From Tubiluchus corallicola (taxonomy: Eukaryota; Animalia; Priapulida), in contig JAQGDQ010000983.1 in NCBI GenBank assembly GCA_030141605.1, forward strand, positions 1 to 44,236: a stretch of 44,236 nt of DNA. Direction: 5' to 3'. Made by a program: the position numbers and the translations under genes. The notes under the pieces were generated by a model that searched no databases, was not told the origin of the DNA, and worked only from the letters and a program-made list of their open reading frames with translations. Shown here one piece after another: positions 1 through 13,171 of this stretch; position 1 is the first letter of the stretch; every line of letters starts with the position of its first letter.

Positions 1-642
1 GAAGAAATTAATGGTCCCTTACTTTTGTAATGGTTATTCGTGATTGTATGTGAAGAAATTAACGGTTCCTTACTTTTGTAATGGTTATTCGCGATTGTAT
101 GTGAAGAAATTAATGGTTCCTTACTTTTGTAATGGTTATTCGCGATTGTATGTGAAGAAATTAATGGTCCCTTACTTTTGTAATGGTTATTCGCGATTGT
201 ATGTGAAGAAATTAATGGTTCCTTACTTTTGTAATGGTTATTCGAGATTGTATGTGAAGAAATTAATGGTCCCTTACTTTTGTAATGGTTATTCGCGATT
301 GTATGTGAAGAAATTAATGGTCCCTTACTTTTGTAATGGTTATTCGCGATTGTATGTGAAGAAATTAATGGTTCCTTACTTTTGTAATGGTTATTCGAGA
401 TTGTATGTGAAGAAATTAATGGTCCATTACTTTTGTAATGGTTATTCGCGATTGTATGTGAAGAAATTAATGGTCCCTTACTTTTGTAATGGTTATTCGC
501 GATTGTATGTGAAGAAATTAATGGTCCCTTACTTTTGTAATGGTTATTCGCGATTGTATATGAAGAAATTAATGGTCCCTTACTTTTGTAATGGTTATTC
601 GCGATTGTATATGAAGAAATTAATGGTCCCTTACTTTTGTAA
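1..642. repeat. 51-bp minisatellite, about 12.5 units, open at the window edge
   Basis: Unit GAAGAAATTAATGGTCCCTTACTTTTGTAATGGTTATTCGCGATTGTATGT; gives the 17-aa periodicity of ORF 44..679. Confidence 0.98.
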
Positions 643-996
643 GGTTTGTTCATTATTGTCTCGGAATAAACCGTCCTGACTTTGTCATTGTTATTAGTGA
701 TTACAGAAAGAGACGACAGCTCTATCTGGCTACTAGGCACATTGTTTGTGGACATTACACAGACTTTCCCTACTCAATGTTCAAAATTTATGTTCAAAAG
801 ATTAATCTAGTATTGCTAAGATCTTTGGCTATTGCATTTATATGTAAATGAAATTTTGACCACCGGGTGGCGTTTAACGGTTTTTTGTGGTTCACTGAAA
901 TGAGAAATTGAGCGTTTAAGCAGCCATATTTCTTGTTCTATCTGGAGAAGTCGTCTCATTTTGATGAATTTTGTCCGTTGTTAGTTTACTAGTACA

Positions 997-1304
<308 letters not shown>

Positions 1305-2245
1305 TATTTTATTTCTGAAAATCAAATTTCCAACACGAAAATTACAAAGTCAACGCATACCCGATGGTTTTATCAGCGGGCAGAACTCGGGTAATGATTT
1401 CCAGATCATACTAACAATTTGACTCAACATAGCTGCACAAGGTATATACACAGATATACAAATTTAGTTGTAAACTCCATGAAGCGAAAAAAACTATTTA
1501 CTAAGCATTTGTACACATGTGATAAACAAATATTTTACCTATATGATAATCACAGTGATGCGGTTATATGTCCGCTAACAAAGCTATACTATTTAATTCA
1601 AAAATCTATGCATACAGTCGTAAATGAAATTTCCAATTGACATTAATTCTCCATCAAATAAATTTGCAATATTACTATAATTTAACGCGTACAGTGATCT
1701 ATAAAGTGCATTTTCATGGCACTCGCACAAAAAATGCTCTTCTGTCTGAATTTCTCCACAAAGACACAGCCTGCGCTCACGAGGTACATTTGCCCAACGA
1801 CCTGTTTCTATAGCTAGATTGTGTGATGAGACCCTTATTCTTGTGATGATTATACGTTTGTGCTCAGGTAACTCTGTGTTCCCATACATTGGATGCACAG
1901 ACAAATTGGGATTTATTTCCAAATAAGTCTTGCATTTTGTACGATCAGAAACTCGGACATGAGTCTTTCATCTCTCTACATCTGTCTGTACGTGATCTGT
2001 TGTAGACATAACATTGTCTAAATATTTGTGTCCCTTTGTTCGTGTATCTTTACATAAATTCCATACCAACATAAACGGGTCATCCGTCATAGCGTGACGC
2101 TGGCTTACCAACTTCGAAACGAACTTTTTTTGTACGTTTTTTACCCTCGCTTCAAGTGAGGGCATGCCAAGTTCTAGCAAGCACACATCGTTTGTGGTAG
2201 ATGTACGAACCCCCAGTAGAACTTTAATAGTAGTGCGGTACGGAA
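1305..2245 (-). mobile_element. 5'-truncated non-LTR retrotransposon 3' end (RTEX-like), copy 1
   Basis: Minus-strand translation KVLLGVRTSTTNDVCLLELGMPSL...RIRVSSHNLAIETGRWANVPRERRLCLCGEIQTEEHFLCEC is the post-RT region with a CCHC-type finger. In-frame stop at 1968. AATAAA abuts the microsatellite. Confidence 0.85.
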
Positions 2246-2406
2246 CCTCGTCAAGGTTTGTGTAATAATGACGCTGGAATGTAATGATGTCATGGTCAGT
2301 TTCTTAGTTTTATTATTTTTGAGTAACTCAAGCGTTTTGTGGCTGTAGAAAAACTTCCAAATTTAGAAATAACTCTTTGCCAATTAACGTGCAAAATTTT
2401 ACCATT

Positions 2407-3874
2407 TAAACCTAAGTGTAAACCTAAGTGTGAACCTAAGTTTGCTGAGCGTTCTACTAGACCATACACGCAAGTTAAACCTAAGTTTGCTGAGCGTTCT
2501 ACTAGATCATACACGCAAGTTAAACCTAAGTTTGCTGAGCGTTCTACTAGACCATACACGCAAGTTAAACTTAAGTTAAGCCTAAGTTTGCTGAGCGTTC
2601 TACTAGACCATACACGCAAGTTAAACCTAAGTTAAGCCTAAGTTTGCTGAGCGTTCTACTAGACCATACACGCAAGTTAAACCTAAGTTTGCTGAGCGTT
2701 CTACTAGACCATACATGCAAGTTAAACTTAAGTTAAGCCTAAGTTTGCTGAGCGTTCTACTAGACCATACACGCAAGTTAAACTTAAGTTAAACCTAAGT
2801 TTGCTGAGCGTTCTACTAGATCATACATGCAAGTTAAACTTAAGTTAAACCTAAGTTTGCTGAGCGTTCTACTAGATCATACATGCAAGTTAAACTTAAG
2901 TTAAACCTAAGTTTGCTGAGCGTTCTACTAGATCATACACGCAAGTTAAACCTAAGTTTGCTGAGCGTTCTACTAGACCATACACGCAAGTTAAACCTAA
3001 GTTTGCTGAGCGTTCCACTAGACCATACACGCAAGTTAAACCTAAGTTTGCTGAGCATTCTACTAGATCATACACGCAAGTTAAACCTAAGTTAAACCTA
3101 AGTTTGCTGAGCGTTCCACTAGACCATACATGCAAGTTAAACCAAAGTTAAACCTAAGTTTGCTGAGCGTTCTACTAGACCATACATGCAAGTTAAACCT
3201 AAGTTAAACCTAAGTTTGCTGAACGTTCTACTAGACCATACACGCAAGTTAAACCTAAGTTTGCTGAGCATTCTACTAGATCATACACCTAAGTTAAACC
3301 TAAGTTTGCTGAGCGTTCCACTAGACCATACACGCAAGTTAAACCTAAGTTAAACCTAAGTTTGCTGAGCGTTCTACTAGACCATACACGCAAGTTAAAC
3401 CTAAGTTAAACCTAAGTTTGCTGAACGTTCTACTAGACCATACACGCAAGTTAAACCTAAGTTAAACCTAAGTATGCTGAGCGTTCTACTAGACCATACA
3501 CGCAAGTTAAACCTAAGTTAAACCTAAGTTTGCTGAACGTTCTACTAGACCATACACGCAAGTTAAACCTAAGTTAAACCTAAGTTTGCTGAGCGTTCTA
3601 CTAGACCATACACGCAAGTTAAACCTAAGTTTGCTGAACGTTCTACTAGACCATACACGCAAGTTAAACCTAAGTTAAACCTAAGTTTGCTGAACGTTCT
3701 ACTAGACCATACACGCAAGTTAAACCTAAGTTAAACCTAAGTTTGCTGAACGTTCTACTAGACCATACACGCAAGTTAAACCCAAGTTAAACCTAAGTTT
3801 GCTGAGCGTTCTACTAGATCATACACGCAAGTTAAACCTAAGTTTGCTGAGCGTTCTACTAGACCATACACGCA
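2407..3874. repeat. 45/56-bp minisatellite with an optional 11-bp sub-repeat
   Basis: Unit AAGTTAAACCTAAGTTTGCTGAGCGTTCTACTAGACCATACACGC; many units carry an extra TAAGTTAAACC. Confidence 0.97.
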
Positions 3875-4409
3875 ATAACATTCTCCATAACTGTCAGACA
3901 TTACTGTTGTGTTTGTTTTTCTAAATCCATAAATTTTTTTTTCGTTTCGCTGTTAATCTCAGCTGTTGCTTGTTTACATTCATGCTGTATATTTTCCCTT
4001 TTATAAATGTACCATCTGCTTTTCATAGTTTTATGATTCCGACAGTCGACCTGCCAATATTTCATCTTGTCCTGATTCGTTATGTCATCGCGCATGCGCA
4101 AGTCTTGACCTGGGGCCGGATTACTAAGAAATTGAAGGTAACTCAGCGTTCAAGACCCACAAACGGCAAATAGTAATTTCTGCTTTTCTTTTAGTATCTA
4201 ATTTATTATTCATAGTTTTAGTAAAGATTGTTTGCTGGATTTTCTAAATTTGTTATTGAAAAACTGTTTAGAGTTTATCATGAAATTGTGGAGACATGTT
4301 GTTGTTGTTGTTGTTATTGTTGTTGTCATTGTCAACGTCATTCTCTGTCCAATAAAATTTTAAGACATAAAATTTTAGAATAATCTCTATGTATGTCTGC
4401 CCTTCATTT

Positions 4410-4604
4410 TCTTTTTTCTCTCTCTTTCTCTTTTTTTCGGTCTCTTTCTCTCTCGCTCTCTCTCTCTCCCTCTCTCTTTCTCTCTCTCTCTTTCGCTCTC
4501 TCTCTCTCTTTCTCTCTCTCTCTCGCTAGAGAGAAGAGAAAGATAGGGAGAGAAAGAGGAGAAAGCGAAGAGAAAAAGCGAAGAAGAGAAAGAAGAAGAA
4601 CGAG

Positions 4605-4662
<58 letters not shown>

Positions 4663-4775
4663 AATATACATATAGATATATTTCTCTTTTCCCCTTTTCT
4701 CTCTCTTTCTCTTTTCCTCTCTTCTCTCTCTTTCTATCTTTCTCTTCTCTCTCCCTCTATTGCTCTCGTCTCTCA
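4410..4775. repeat. (CT)n-(GA)n-(CT)n low-complexity tract
   Basis: Pyrimidine block, then purine block, then pyrimidine block. Confidence 0.95.
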
Positions 4776-5122
4776 TCATTCACCCTCTTGTCGCCATCAC
4801 CATTATCCTTACAACAGTCGTCACCATGATCGCTATCATCAACAGACATACTACAGACGGTGATAGTTATCAGGAAGTCGCCCGGATTCCCCTCCTGAAC
4901 TCAACCAGGCGTGAAGCTTATAATTCCACGGTTGTGGTTTCTTCACCAGTAATTAGATTACCCGCATCTGGGCTTCTCTTCTTGGGGAAGGTTTTCTCAG
5001 AAAGTGAGACGTGAGTTCTCCACGGTAACTGTCAGCAGAATTCGACGGTTGAATTTATGAAAGTGTTTACAAGTTTCCAAGTTACAATCTTCAAATATGT
5101 AAAGAAATATAGTTCAATAATT

Positions 5123-6563
5123 AACTTTTGTAATGGTTATTCGCGATTGTATGTGAAGAAATTAATGGACCCTTACATTTGTAATGGTTATTCGCGATTG
5201 TATGTGAAGAAATTAATGGACCCTTACTTTTGTAATTGTTACTTCTGATTGTATATAAAAACATTAATGGTCCCTTCCTTTTGCAATTGTTACTCGTGAT
5301 TGTGTGTGAACAAGTTAATGGTCCCTTACTTTTGTAATTGTTATTCGCGATTGTATGTGAAGAAATTAATGGTTCCTTACTTTTGTAATGGTTATTCGCG
5401 ATTGTATGTGAAGAAATTAATGGTTCCTTACTTTTGTAATGGTTATTCGCGATTGTATGTGAAGAAATTAATGGTTCCTTACTTTTGTAATGGTTATTCG
5501 CAATTGTATATGACGAAATTAATGGTTCCTTACTTTTGTAATGGTTATTCGCAATTGTATATGACGAAATTAATGGTTCCTTACTTTTGTAATGGTTATT
5601 CGCGATTGTATGTGAAGAAATTAATGGTCCCTTACTTTTGTAATGGTTATTCGCGATTGTATGTGAAGAAATTAATGGTTCCCTTACTTTTGTAATGGTT
5701 ATTCGCGATTGTATGTGAAGAAATTAATGGTCCCTTACTTTTGTAATGGTTATTCGCGATTGTATGTGAAGAAATTAATGGTCCCTTACTTTTGTAATGG
5801 TTATTCGCGATTGTATGTGAAGAAATTAATGGTTCCTTACTTTTGTAATGGTTATTCGCGATTGTATGTGAAGAAATTAATGGTTCCTTACTTTTGTAAT
5901 GGTTATTCGCGATTGTATGTGAAGAAATTAATGGTCCCTTACTTTTGTAATGGTTATTCGCGATTGTATGTGAAGAAATTAATGGTTCCCTTACTTTTGT
6001 AATGGTTATTCGCGATTGTATGTGAAGAAATTAATGGTCCCTTACTTTTGTAATGGTTATTCGCGATTGTATGTGAAGAAATTAATGGTCCCTTACTTTT
6101 GTAATGGTTATTCGCGATTGTATGTGAAGAAATGAATGGTTCCTTACTTTTGTAATGGTTATTCGCGATTGTATGTGAAGAAATTAATGGTTCCTTACTT
6201 TTGTAATGGTTATTCGAGATTGTATGTGAAGAAATTAATGGTCCATTACTTTTGTAATGGTTATTCGCGATTGTATGTGAAGAAATTAATGGTTCCTTAC
6301 TTTTGTAATGGTTATTCGAGATTGTATGTGAAGAAATTAATGGTCCCTTACTTTTGTAATGGTTATTCGCGATTGTATATGAAGAAATTAATGGTCCCTT
6401 ACTTTTGTAATGGTTATTCGCGATTGTATGTGAAGAAATTAATGGTCCCTTACTTTTGTAATGGTTATTCGCAATTGTATATGACGAAATTAATGGTCCC
6501 TTACTTTTGTAATGGTTATTCGCGATTGTATATGAAGAAATTAATGGTCCCTTACTTTTGTAA
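5123..6563. repeat. 51-bp minisatellite, second array, about 28 units
   Basis: Same unit as 1..642; the units at 5123-5340 are more diverged. Confidence 0.98.
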
Positions 6564-6916
6564 TGTTTGTTCATTATTGTCTCGGAAGAAACAGTCCTGA
6601 CTTTGTCATTGTTATTAGTGATTACAGAAAGAGACGACAGCTCTATCTGGCTACTAGGCACATTGTTTGTGGACATTACACAGACTTTCCCTACTCAATG
6701 TTCAAAATTTATGTTCAAAAGATTAATCTAGTATTGCTAAGATCTTTGGCTATTGCATTTATATGTAAATGAAATTTTGACCACCGGGAGGCTTTTAACG
6801 GTTTTTTGTGGTTCACTGAAATGAGAAATTGAGCGTTTAAGCAGCCATATTTCTTGTTCTATCTGGAGAAGTCGTCTCATTTTGATGAATTTTGTCCGTT
6901 GTTAGTTTACTAGTAC

Positions 6917-7213
<297 letters not shown>

Positions 7214-8153
7214 TATTTTATTTCTGAAAATCAAATTTCCAACACGAAAATTACAAACTCGACGCATACCCGATGGTTTTATCAGCGGGCAGAGCTCAGG
7301 TAATGATTTCCAGATCATACTGACAATTTGACTCAACATAGCTTCACAGGTATACATACAGATATACAAATTTAATTGTAAGCTCCATGAAGCGAAAAAA
7401 AACCTATTTACTAAGCATTTGTACACATGTGATAAACAAATATTTTACCTATATGATAATCACAGTGATGCGGTTATACGTCCGCTAACAAAGCTACACT
7501 ATTTAATTCAAAAATCTATGCATACAGTCGTAAATGAAACTACCTATTGACATTAATTCTCCATCAAATAAATTTGCAATATTACTATAATTTAACGCGT
7601 ACAGTGATCTATAAAGTGCATTTTCATGGCACTCGCACAAAAATGCTCTTCTGTCTGAATTTCTCCACAAAGACACAGCCTGCGCTCACGAGGTACATTT
7701 GCCCAACGACGTGTTGCTATAGCTAGATTGTGTGATGAGACCCTTATTCTTGTGATGAGTATACGTTTGTGCTCAGGTAACTCTGTCTTCCCATACATTG
7801 GATATACAGACAAATTGGGATTTATTTCCAAATAAGTCTTGCATTTTGTACGATTAGAAACTCGGACATGAGTCTTTCGTCTCTCTACATCTGTCTGTAC
7901 ATGATCCGTTGTAGTCATAACACTGTCTAAATATTTGTATCCCTTTGTTCGTGTATCTTTACATAAATTCCATACCAACATAAACGGGTCATCCGTCATA
8001 GCGTGACGCTGGCTTACCAACTTCAAAACGAACTTTTTTTGTACGTTTTTTACCCTCGCTTCAAGTGAGGGCATGCCAAGTTCTAGCAAGCAAACGTCGT
8101 TTGTGGTAGATGTACGAACCCCCAGTAGAACTTTAATAGTAGTGCGGTACGGA
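7214..8153 (-). mobile_element. 5'-truncated RTEX-like LINE 3' end, copy 2
   Basis: ORF 7592..8089 is nearly identical to copy 1, reads through the copy 1 stop (VERRKTHV), and frameshifts after EEHF. Confidence 0.85.
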
Positions 8154-8160
8154 ACCTCGT

Positions 8161-10382
8161 CAAGGTTTGTGTAATAATGACGCTGGAATGTAATGATGTC
8201 ATGTCCAGGTTTGTGTAATAATGACGCTGGAATGCAATGAGGTCATGTGCAGGTTTGTGCAATAATGACGCTGGTTGCAATGAGGTCATGTCCAGGTTTG
8301 TGTAATAATGACGCTGGAATGAAATGATGTCATGTCCAGGTTTGTGTAATAATGACGCTGGAATGAAATGATGTCATGTCCAGGTTTGTGTAATAATGAC
8401 GCTGGAATGCAATGATGTCATGTCCAGGTTTGTGTAATAATGACGCTGGAATGTAATGATGTCATGTGCAGGTTTGTGTAATAATGACGCTGGAATGTAA
8501 TGATGTCATGTCCAGGTTTGTGTAATAATGACGCTGGAATGCAATGATGTCATGTCCAGGTTTGTGTAATAATGACGCTGGAATGCAATGAGGTCATGTC
8601 CAGGTTTGTGTAATAATGACGCTGGAATGCAATGATGTCATGTGCAGGTTTGTGTAATAATGACGCTGGAATGTAATGATGTCATGTCCAGGTTTGTGTA
8701 ATAATGACGCTGGAATGCAATGATGTCATGTGCAGGTTTGTGTAATAATGACGCTGGTTGCAATGAGGTCATGTGCAGGTTTGTGTAATAATGACGCTGG
8801 AATGCAATGATGTCATGTCCAGGTTTGTGTAATAATGACGCTGGAATGCAATGAGGTCATGTGCAGGTTTGTGTAATAATGACGCTGGTTGCAATGAGGT
8901 CATGTGCAGGTTTGTGTAATAATGACGCTGGTTGCAATGAGGTCATGTGCAGGTTTGTGTAATAATGACGCTGGTTGCAATGAGGTCATGTCCAGGTTTG
9001 TGTAATAATGACGCTGGAATGCAATGATGTCATGTGCAGGTTTGTGTAATAATGACGCTGGAATGTAATGATGTCATGTCCAGGTTTGTGTAATAATGAC
9101 GCTGGAATGTAATGATGTCATGTCCAGGTTTGTGTAATAATGACGCTGGAATGCAATGATGTCATGTGCAGGTTTGTGTAATAATGACGCTGGAATGTAA
9201 TGATGTCATGTCCAGGTTTGTGTAATAATGACGCTGGAATGCAATGATGTCATGTCCAGGTTTGTGTAATAATGACGCTGGAATGCAATGAGGTCATGTG
9301 CAGGTTTGTGTAATAATGACGCTGGAATGTAATGATGTCATGTCCAGGTTTGTGTAATAATGACGCTGGAATGCAATGATGTCATGTCCAGGTTTGTGTA
9401 ATAATCACGCTGGAATGCAATGATGTCATGTCCAGGTTTGTGTAATAATGACGCTGGAATGCAATGATGTCATGTCCAGGTTTGTGTAATAATGACGCTG
9501 GAATGCAATGATGTCACGTGCAGGTTTGCGTAATAATGACGCTGGAATGCAATGATGTCATGTCCAGGTTTGTGTAATAATGACGCTGGAATGCAATGAT
9601 GTCATGTCCAGGTTTGTGTAATAATGACGCTGGAATGCAATGATGTCATGTCAAGGTTTGTGTAATAATGACGCTGGAATGCAATGATGTCATGTCCAGG
9701 TTTGTGTAATAATGACGCTGGAATGTAATGATGTCATGTCCAGGTTTGTGTAATAATGACGCTGGAATGTAATGAGGTCATGCCCAGGTTTGTGTAATAA
9801 TGACGCTGGAATGCAATGATGTCATGTCCAGGTTTGTGTAATAATGACGCTGGAATGCAATGATGTCAAGTCCAGGTTTGTGTAATAATGACGCTGGAAT
9901 GTAATGATATCATGTGCAGGTTTGTGTAATAATGACGCTGGAATGTAATGATGTCATGTCCAGGTTTGTGTAATAATGACGCTGGAATGCAATGAGGTCA
10001 TGTGTAGGTTTGTGTAATAATGACGCTGGAATGCAATGATGTCATGTGCAGGTTTGTGTAATAATGACGCTGGAATGTAATGAGGTCATGTGTAGGTTTG
10101 TGTAATAATGACGCTGGAATGTAATGAGGTCATGTCCAGGTTTGTGTAATAATGACGCTGGAATGCAATGAGGTCATGTCCAGGTTTGTGTAATAATGAC
10201 GCTGGAATGCAATGATGTCAAGTCCAGGTTTGTGTAATAATGACGCTGGAATGTAATGATGTCATGTCCAGGTTTGTGTAATAATGACGCTGGAATGTAA
10301 TGAGGTCATGTCCAGGTTTGTGTAATAATGACGCTGGAATGCAATGATGTCATGTGTAGGTTTGTGTAATAATGACACTGGA
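8161..10382. repeat. 44-bp minisatellite, about 50 units
   Basis: Unit CCAGGTTTGTGTAATAATGACGCTGGAATGCAATGATGTCATGT. Confidence 0.98.
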
Positions 10383-10704
10383 TAAATATATTTATTTTAT
10401 TCTGAATACTTTTTAAATACGAGACTTACTTGAATGTAAGAATAATTTTTCATTATTCATGAAATTCAGACTGGCACAAAGCAACTTGTTTTTTCGCAAC
10501 GTCATTCGTGACGTCATTATATTGAAATAACAAGCTTACTCACACATCACGTTAAGACAAACTTCTCATTACCAGAAGCGGAAATCACAGTTAATCTTCA
10601 AGGAAACTTTCAGCCGCATCTGTTTCCAGCCTCTTCTGAACTTTTGCATCACTGATTAGATAAACAGCAAGTTGAGATGGGATTTTAAGCACTCTTGCTT
10701 AAAA

Positions 10705-10872
10705 GCCATAACAAGAACAACAACAGTGACTATAACAAGAACAATAAGTCAACAACAACCAGAAACAACAGCAATAGTAGTACAAAGTTACAGTACTGAC
10801 GACAACAACCAGAACAACAGCGACAGCAGCAATGACAACGACAACAGCAACAACAACAACAGCGACAATTAT

Positions 10873-10954
<82 letters not shown>

Positions 10955-11480
10955 GCAATAGCAACAACGATGACGACAATGACGACGACCACGACCACAA
11001 CAATAACAACGACAGTGACAGCAGCAATGACAGCGACATCAGCAATGACAGCGACAGCAGCAATGACAACGACAACAGCAACGACAGCGACAGCAGAAAT
11101 GACAATGACAGCAGCAACGACAGCCACAGCATAAATGACAATGACAGCAGCAACGACAACGACAGCAACAATGATAACAACAGTGGCAACAACAACAATA
11201 ACAACAGCAGCAGCAATAGCAACAGCAACAGTGACTATAACAAGAACAAAAAGTCGACAACAACCAAAAACAACAGCAGCAACAACAACGATGACGACGA
11301 CCACGACAATGACAGCGAAAGTGGTGGTGGCGACAGCGACAGCAGCAATGACAGCAGCAACTACAGCGACAACAGCAACGAAAGCAACAACAACAACAAC
11401 AGCAACAGCGACAGCAGCAATGACAGCGACAGCAGCAACGACAACAACAGCAGCAGCAGCAACAACAACAACATCATCAG

Positions 11481-11510
<30 letters not shown>
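10705..11510. repeat. Degenerate (CAA/CAG/GAC)n trinucleotide tract
   Basis: Pure (AAC)n core at about 10873-10953 with degenerate flanks; open in several frames on both strands. Confidence 0.95.
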
Positions 11511-11511
<1 letters not shown>

Positions 11512-11895
11512 AGCACTTACACACGATTCGCACAAGTACGGTCTGTAGCAAATCGACTCCACAATTTCATAATAAACTCTAAACAGTTTTTCAACAAAAA
11601 TTTAAGAAATCCAGCAAACAATCTTTACTAAAACTATCAAAAATAAATTAGATACTAAAAGAAAAACACAAATTACTATCTGACGTTTGTGGGTCTTGGA
11701 CGCTGAGTAATCTTCATATTTATTCTGACTTCAATAAACGTTTTAGAAGCCATACACGTACTACACATTTTTAGCAATACCCGAAATCTTGAATGAAAAC
11801 CAAATGGCATTGAAAACATGCAAAATGTGGAGAATCGGTAATAAAACTGAAACGCGAATGTTTATGGCTGCCATTTTTGCTAATATTTCTAATGG

Positions 11896-11962
11896 ATTGA
11901 GGTGTTTATAGAGCGCCCCCTGCAGGCCATTGAGGTGTTTATAGAGCGCCCCCTGTAGGCCA
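11896..11962 (-). promoter_or_regulatory. 33-bp tandem duplication carrying two CTCF-like motifs
   Basis: Minus strand TGGCCTGCAGGGGGCGCTC and TGGCCTACAGGGGGCGCTC versus the CTCF consensus TGGCCACCAGGGGGCGCTA. Confidence 0.5.
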
Positions 11963-12427
11963 CCAACTTCATAGAAATAAACCACGTTTTGTGTTGATTG
12001 TACAAGTGGGTGCCATTCTTGTAGTGTACACGACGTGGGGTGTTCGTGCGCGATTGATTGTTCGGTGTCGTCCGCGACATACTTAAGTTCATTGAATAAT
12101 TTATTGACGAACAACACAATACAACGTACATCAAAAATCACACATTACGTCACACAATGGTGACGTCATGTCCATCGAGTCATTCTAGCGTGAATTTTGG
12201 CTTCTATCGGTGGAAGAACTTGTAGTGCTTTAAAGAAAAGAACAAATTGTCAGAACAACCAGCAAAAAATTATTTCAACACCAAACAAAGTTTACATACT
12301 AGGAAAAGAAGCCATTGTAATGATGACGTCATACTAATTAAGTTCCTTTATTACAGGTCAGCAATTTATTACACTTCCTACCTGTTTCATATCACTACTG
12401 TACATTGAAACTTAGAAAGAATTTCTG

Positions 12428-12745
12428 TTTGAAGAACCGAACCCAATCTTAAAGTGCATTACAAAACAATCTACATTTTAAAATATCAAAAAGAAACATA
12501 CAATTTTTTCAAAAACGACTTACGTGAAAAAATTATTACCACACAAACACAATTTCACGTACGCTCCACTAGTTCTTCGCTGTTACATGCATTCAGCTAT
12601 TCGCTAGTTGGAAGGGGCACTAGCGCCTGCATTTCGGAAACGCACTGCACAAAAACAGGTGCTGTACCTCTCAATTCAGATTTGTTCGTTTGTGACGTAC
12701 TGCACACGTTCGACGTTCGCTTTCACAAACACGTGCAACACGCTC
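12428..12745 (+). mobile_element. Fragment of Kolobok-like non-autonomous element
   Basis: Shares ACCCAATCTTAAA...CAAAACAATCTA and TGCACAAAAACAGGTGCTGTACCTCTCAATTCAG with the copies at 14390, 29759 and 33664. Confidence 0.6.
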
Positions 12746-13171
12746 GCAGCTTTTACATTTCGATTGCGCTGCGTAGTTAGAAATTTTAGTTTGTCGAAGA
12801 ATAAACAAATGTATGCCATTATATCATTCGTACAGGACAAGTGGAATTTTGAAACCTATTTTCAACGCCTTGTTGCCTCTCTCTCTCGACGCTCGTTAAA
12901 AGGTACTTTCCATTCGTAATTGTGTGAAACGTATGATACACTTTCTCTAATAACCAACAATTTACTAAATTTATTATCAATTACTGAACATCACCAACAC
13001 GAGTCATTTCAGCAACGAATGTCATAAACTGCAACATTTGACTGACGCAAAGTTAAGCAACTCAATGAAATTTAAAACGGAAGTTGAAATGTTTTCTGGT
13101 TTGTTATCGCATTCAGAAAATTGTTTCTTAAATAACTGGGACAATTTCGGTCAATCTGATACTGTGTGATT

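Noticed and set aside
4090-4099. NRF1-like palindrome GCGCATGCGC (also at 34833) and scattered TGACGTCA sites
   Set aside because: These are isolated short motifs with no linked transcript evidence, and several TGACGTCA sites fall within transposon remnants.
8161-10382. Regular arrays that might be CRISPR loci
   Set aside because: Units are head-to-tail with no unique spacers, there are no cas genes, and the context is eukaryotic. The same applies to all other arrays here.
10672-11631. 319-aa Asn/Asp/Ser-rich ORF (biomineralisation-like or prion-like)
   Set aside because: It is a degenerate trinucleotide tract open in many frames, with a non-ATG start; a similar tract at 37741-38294 is clearly intronic.
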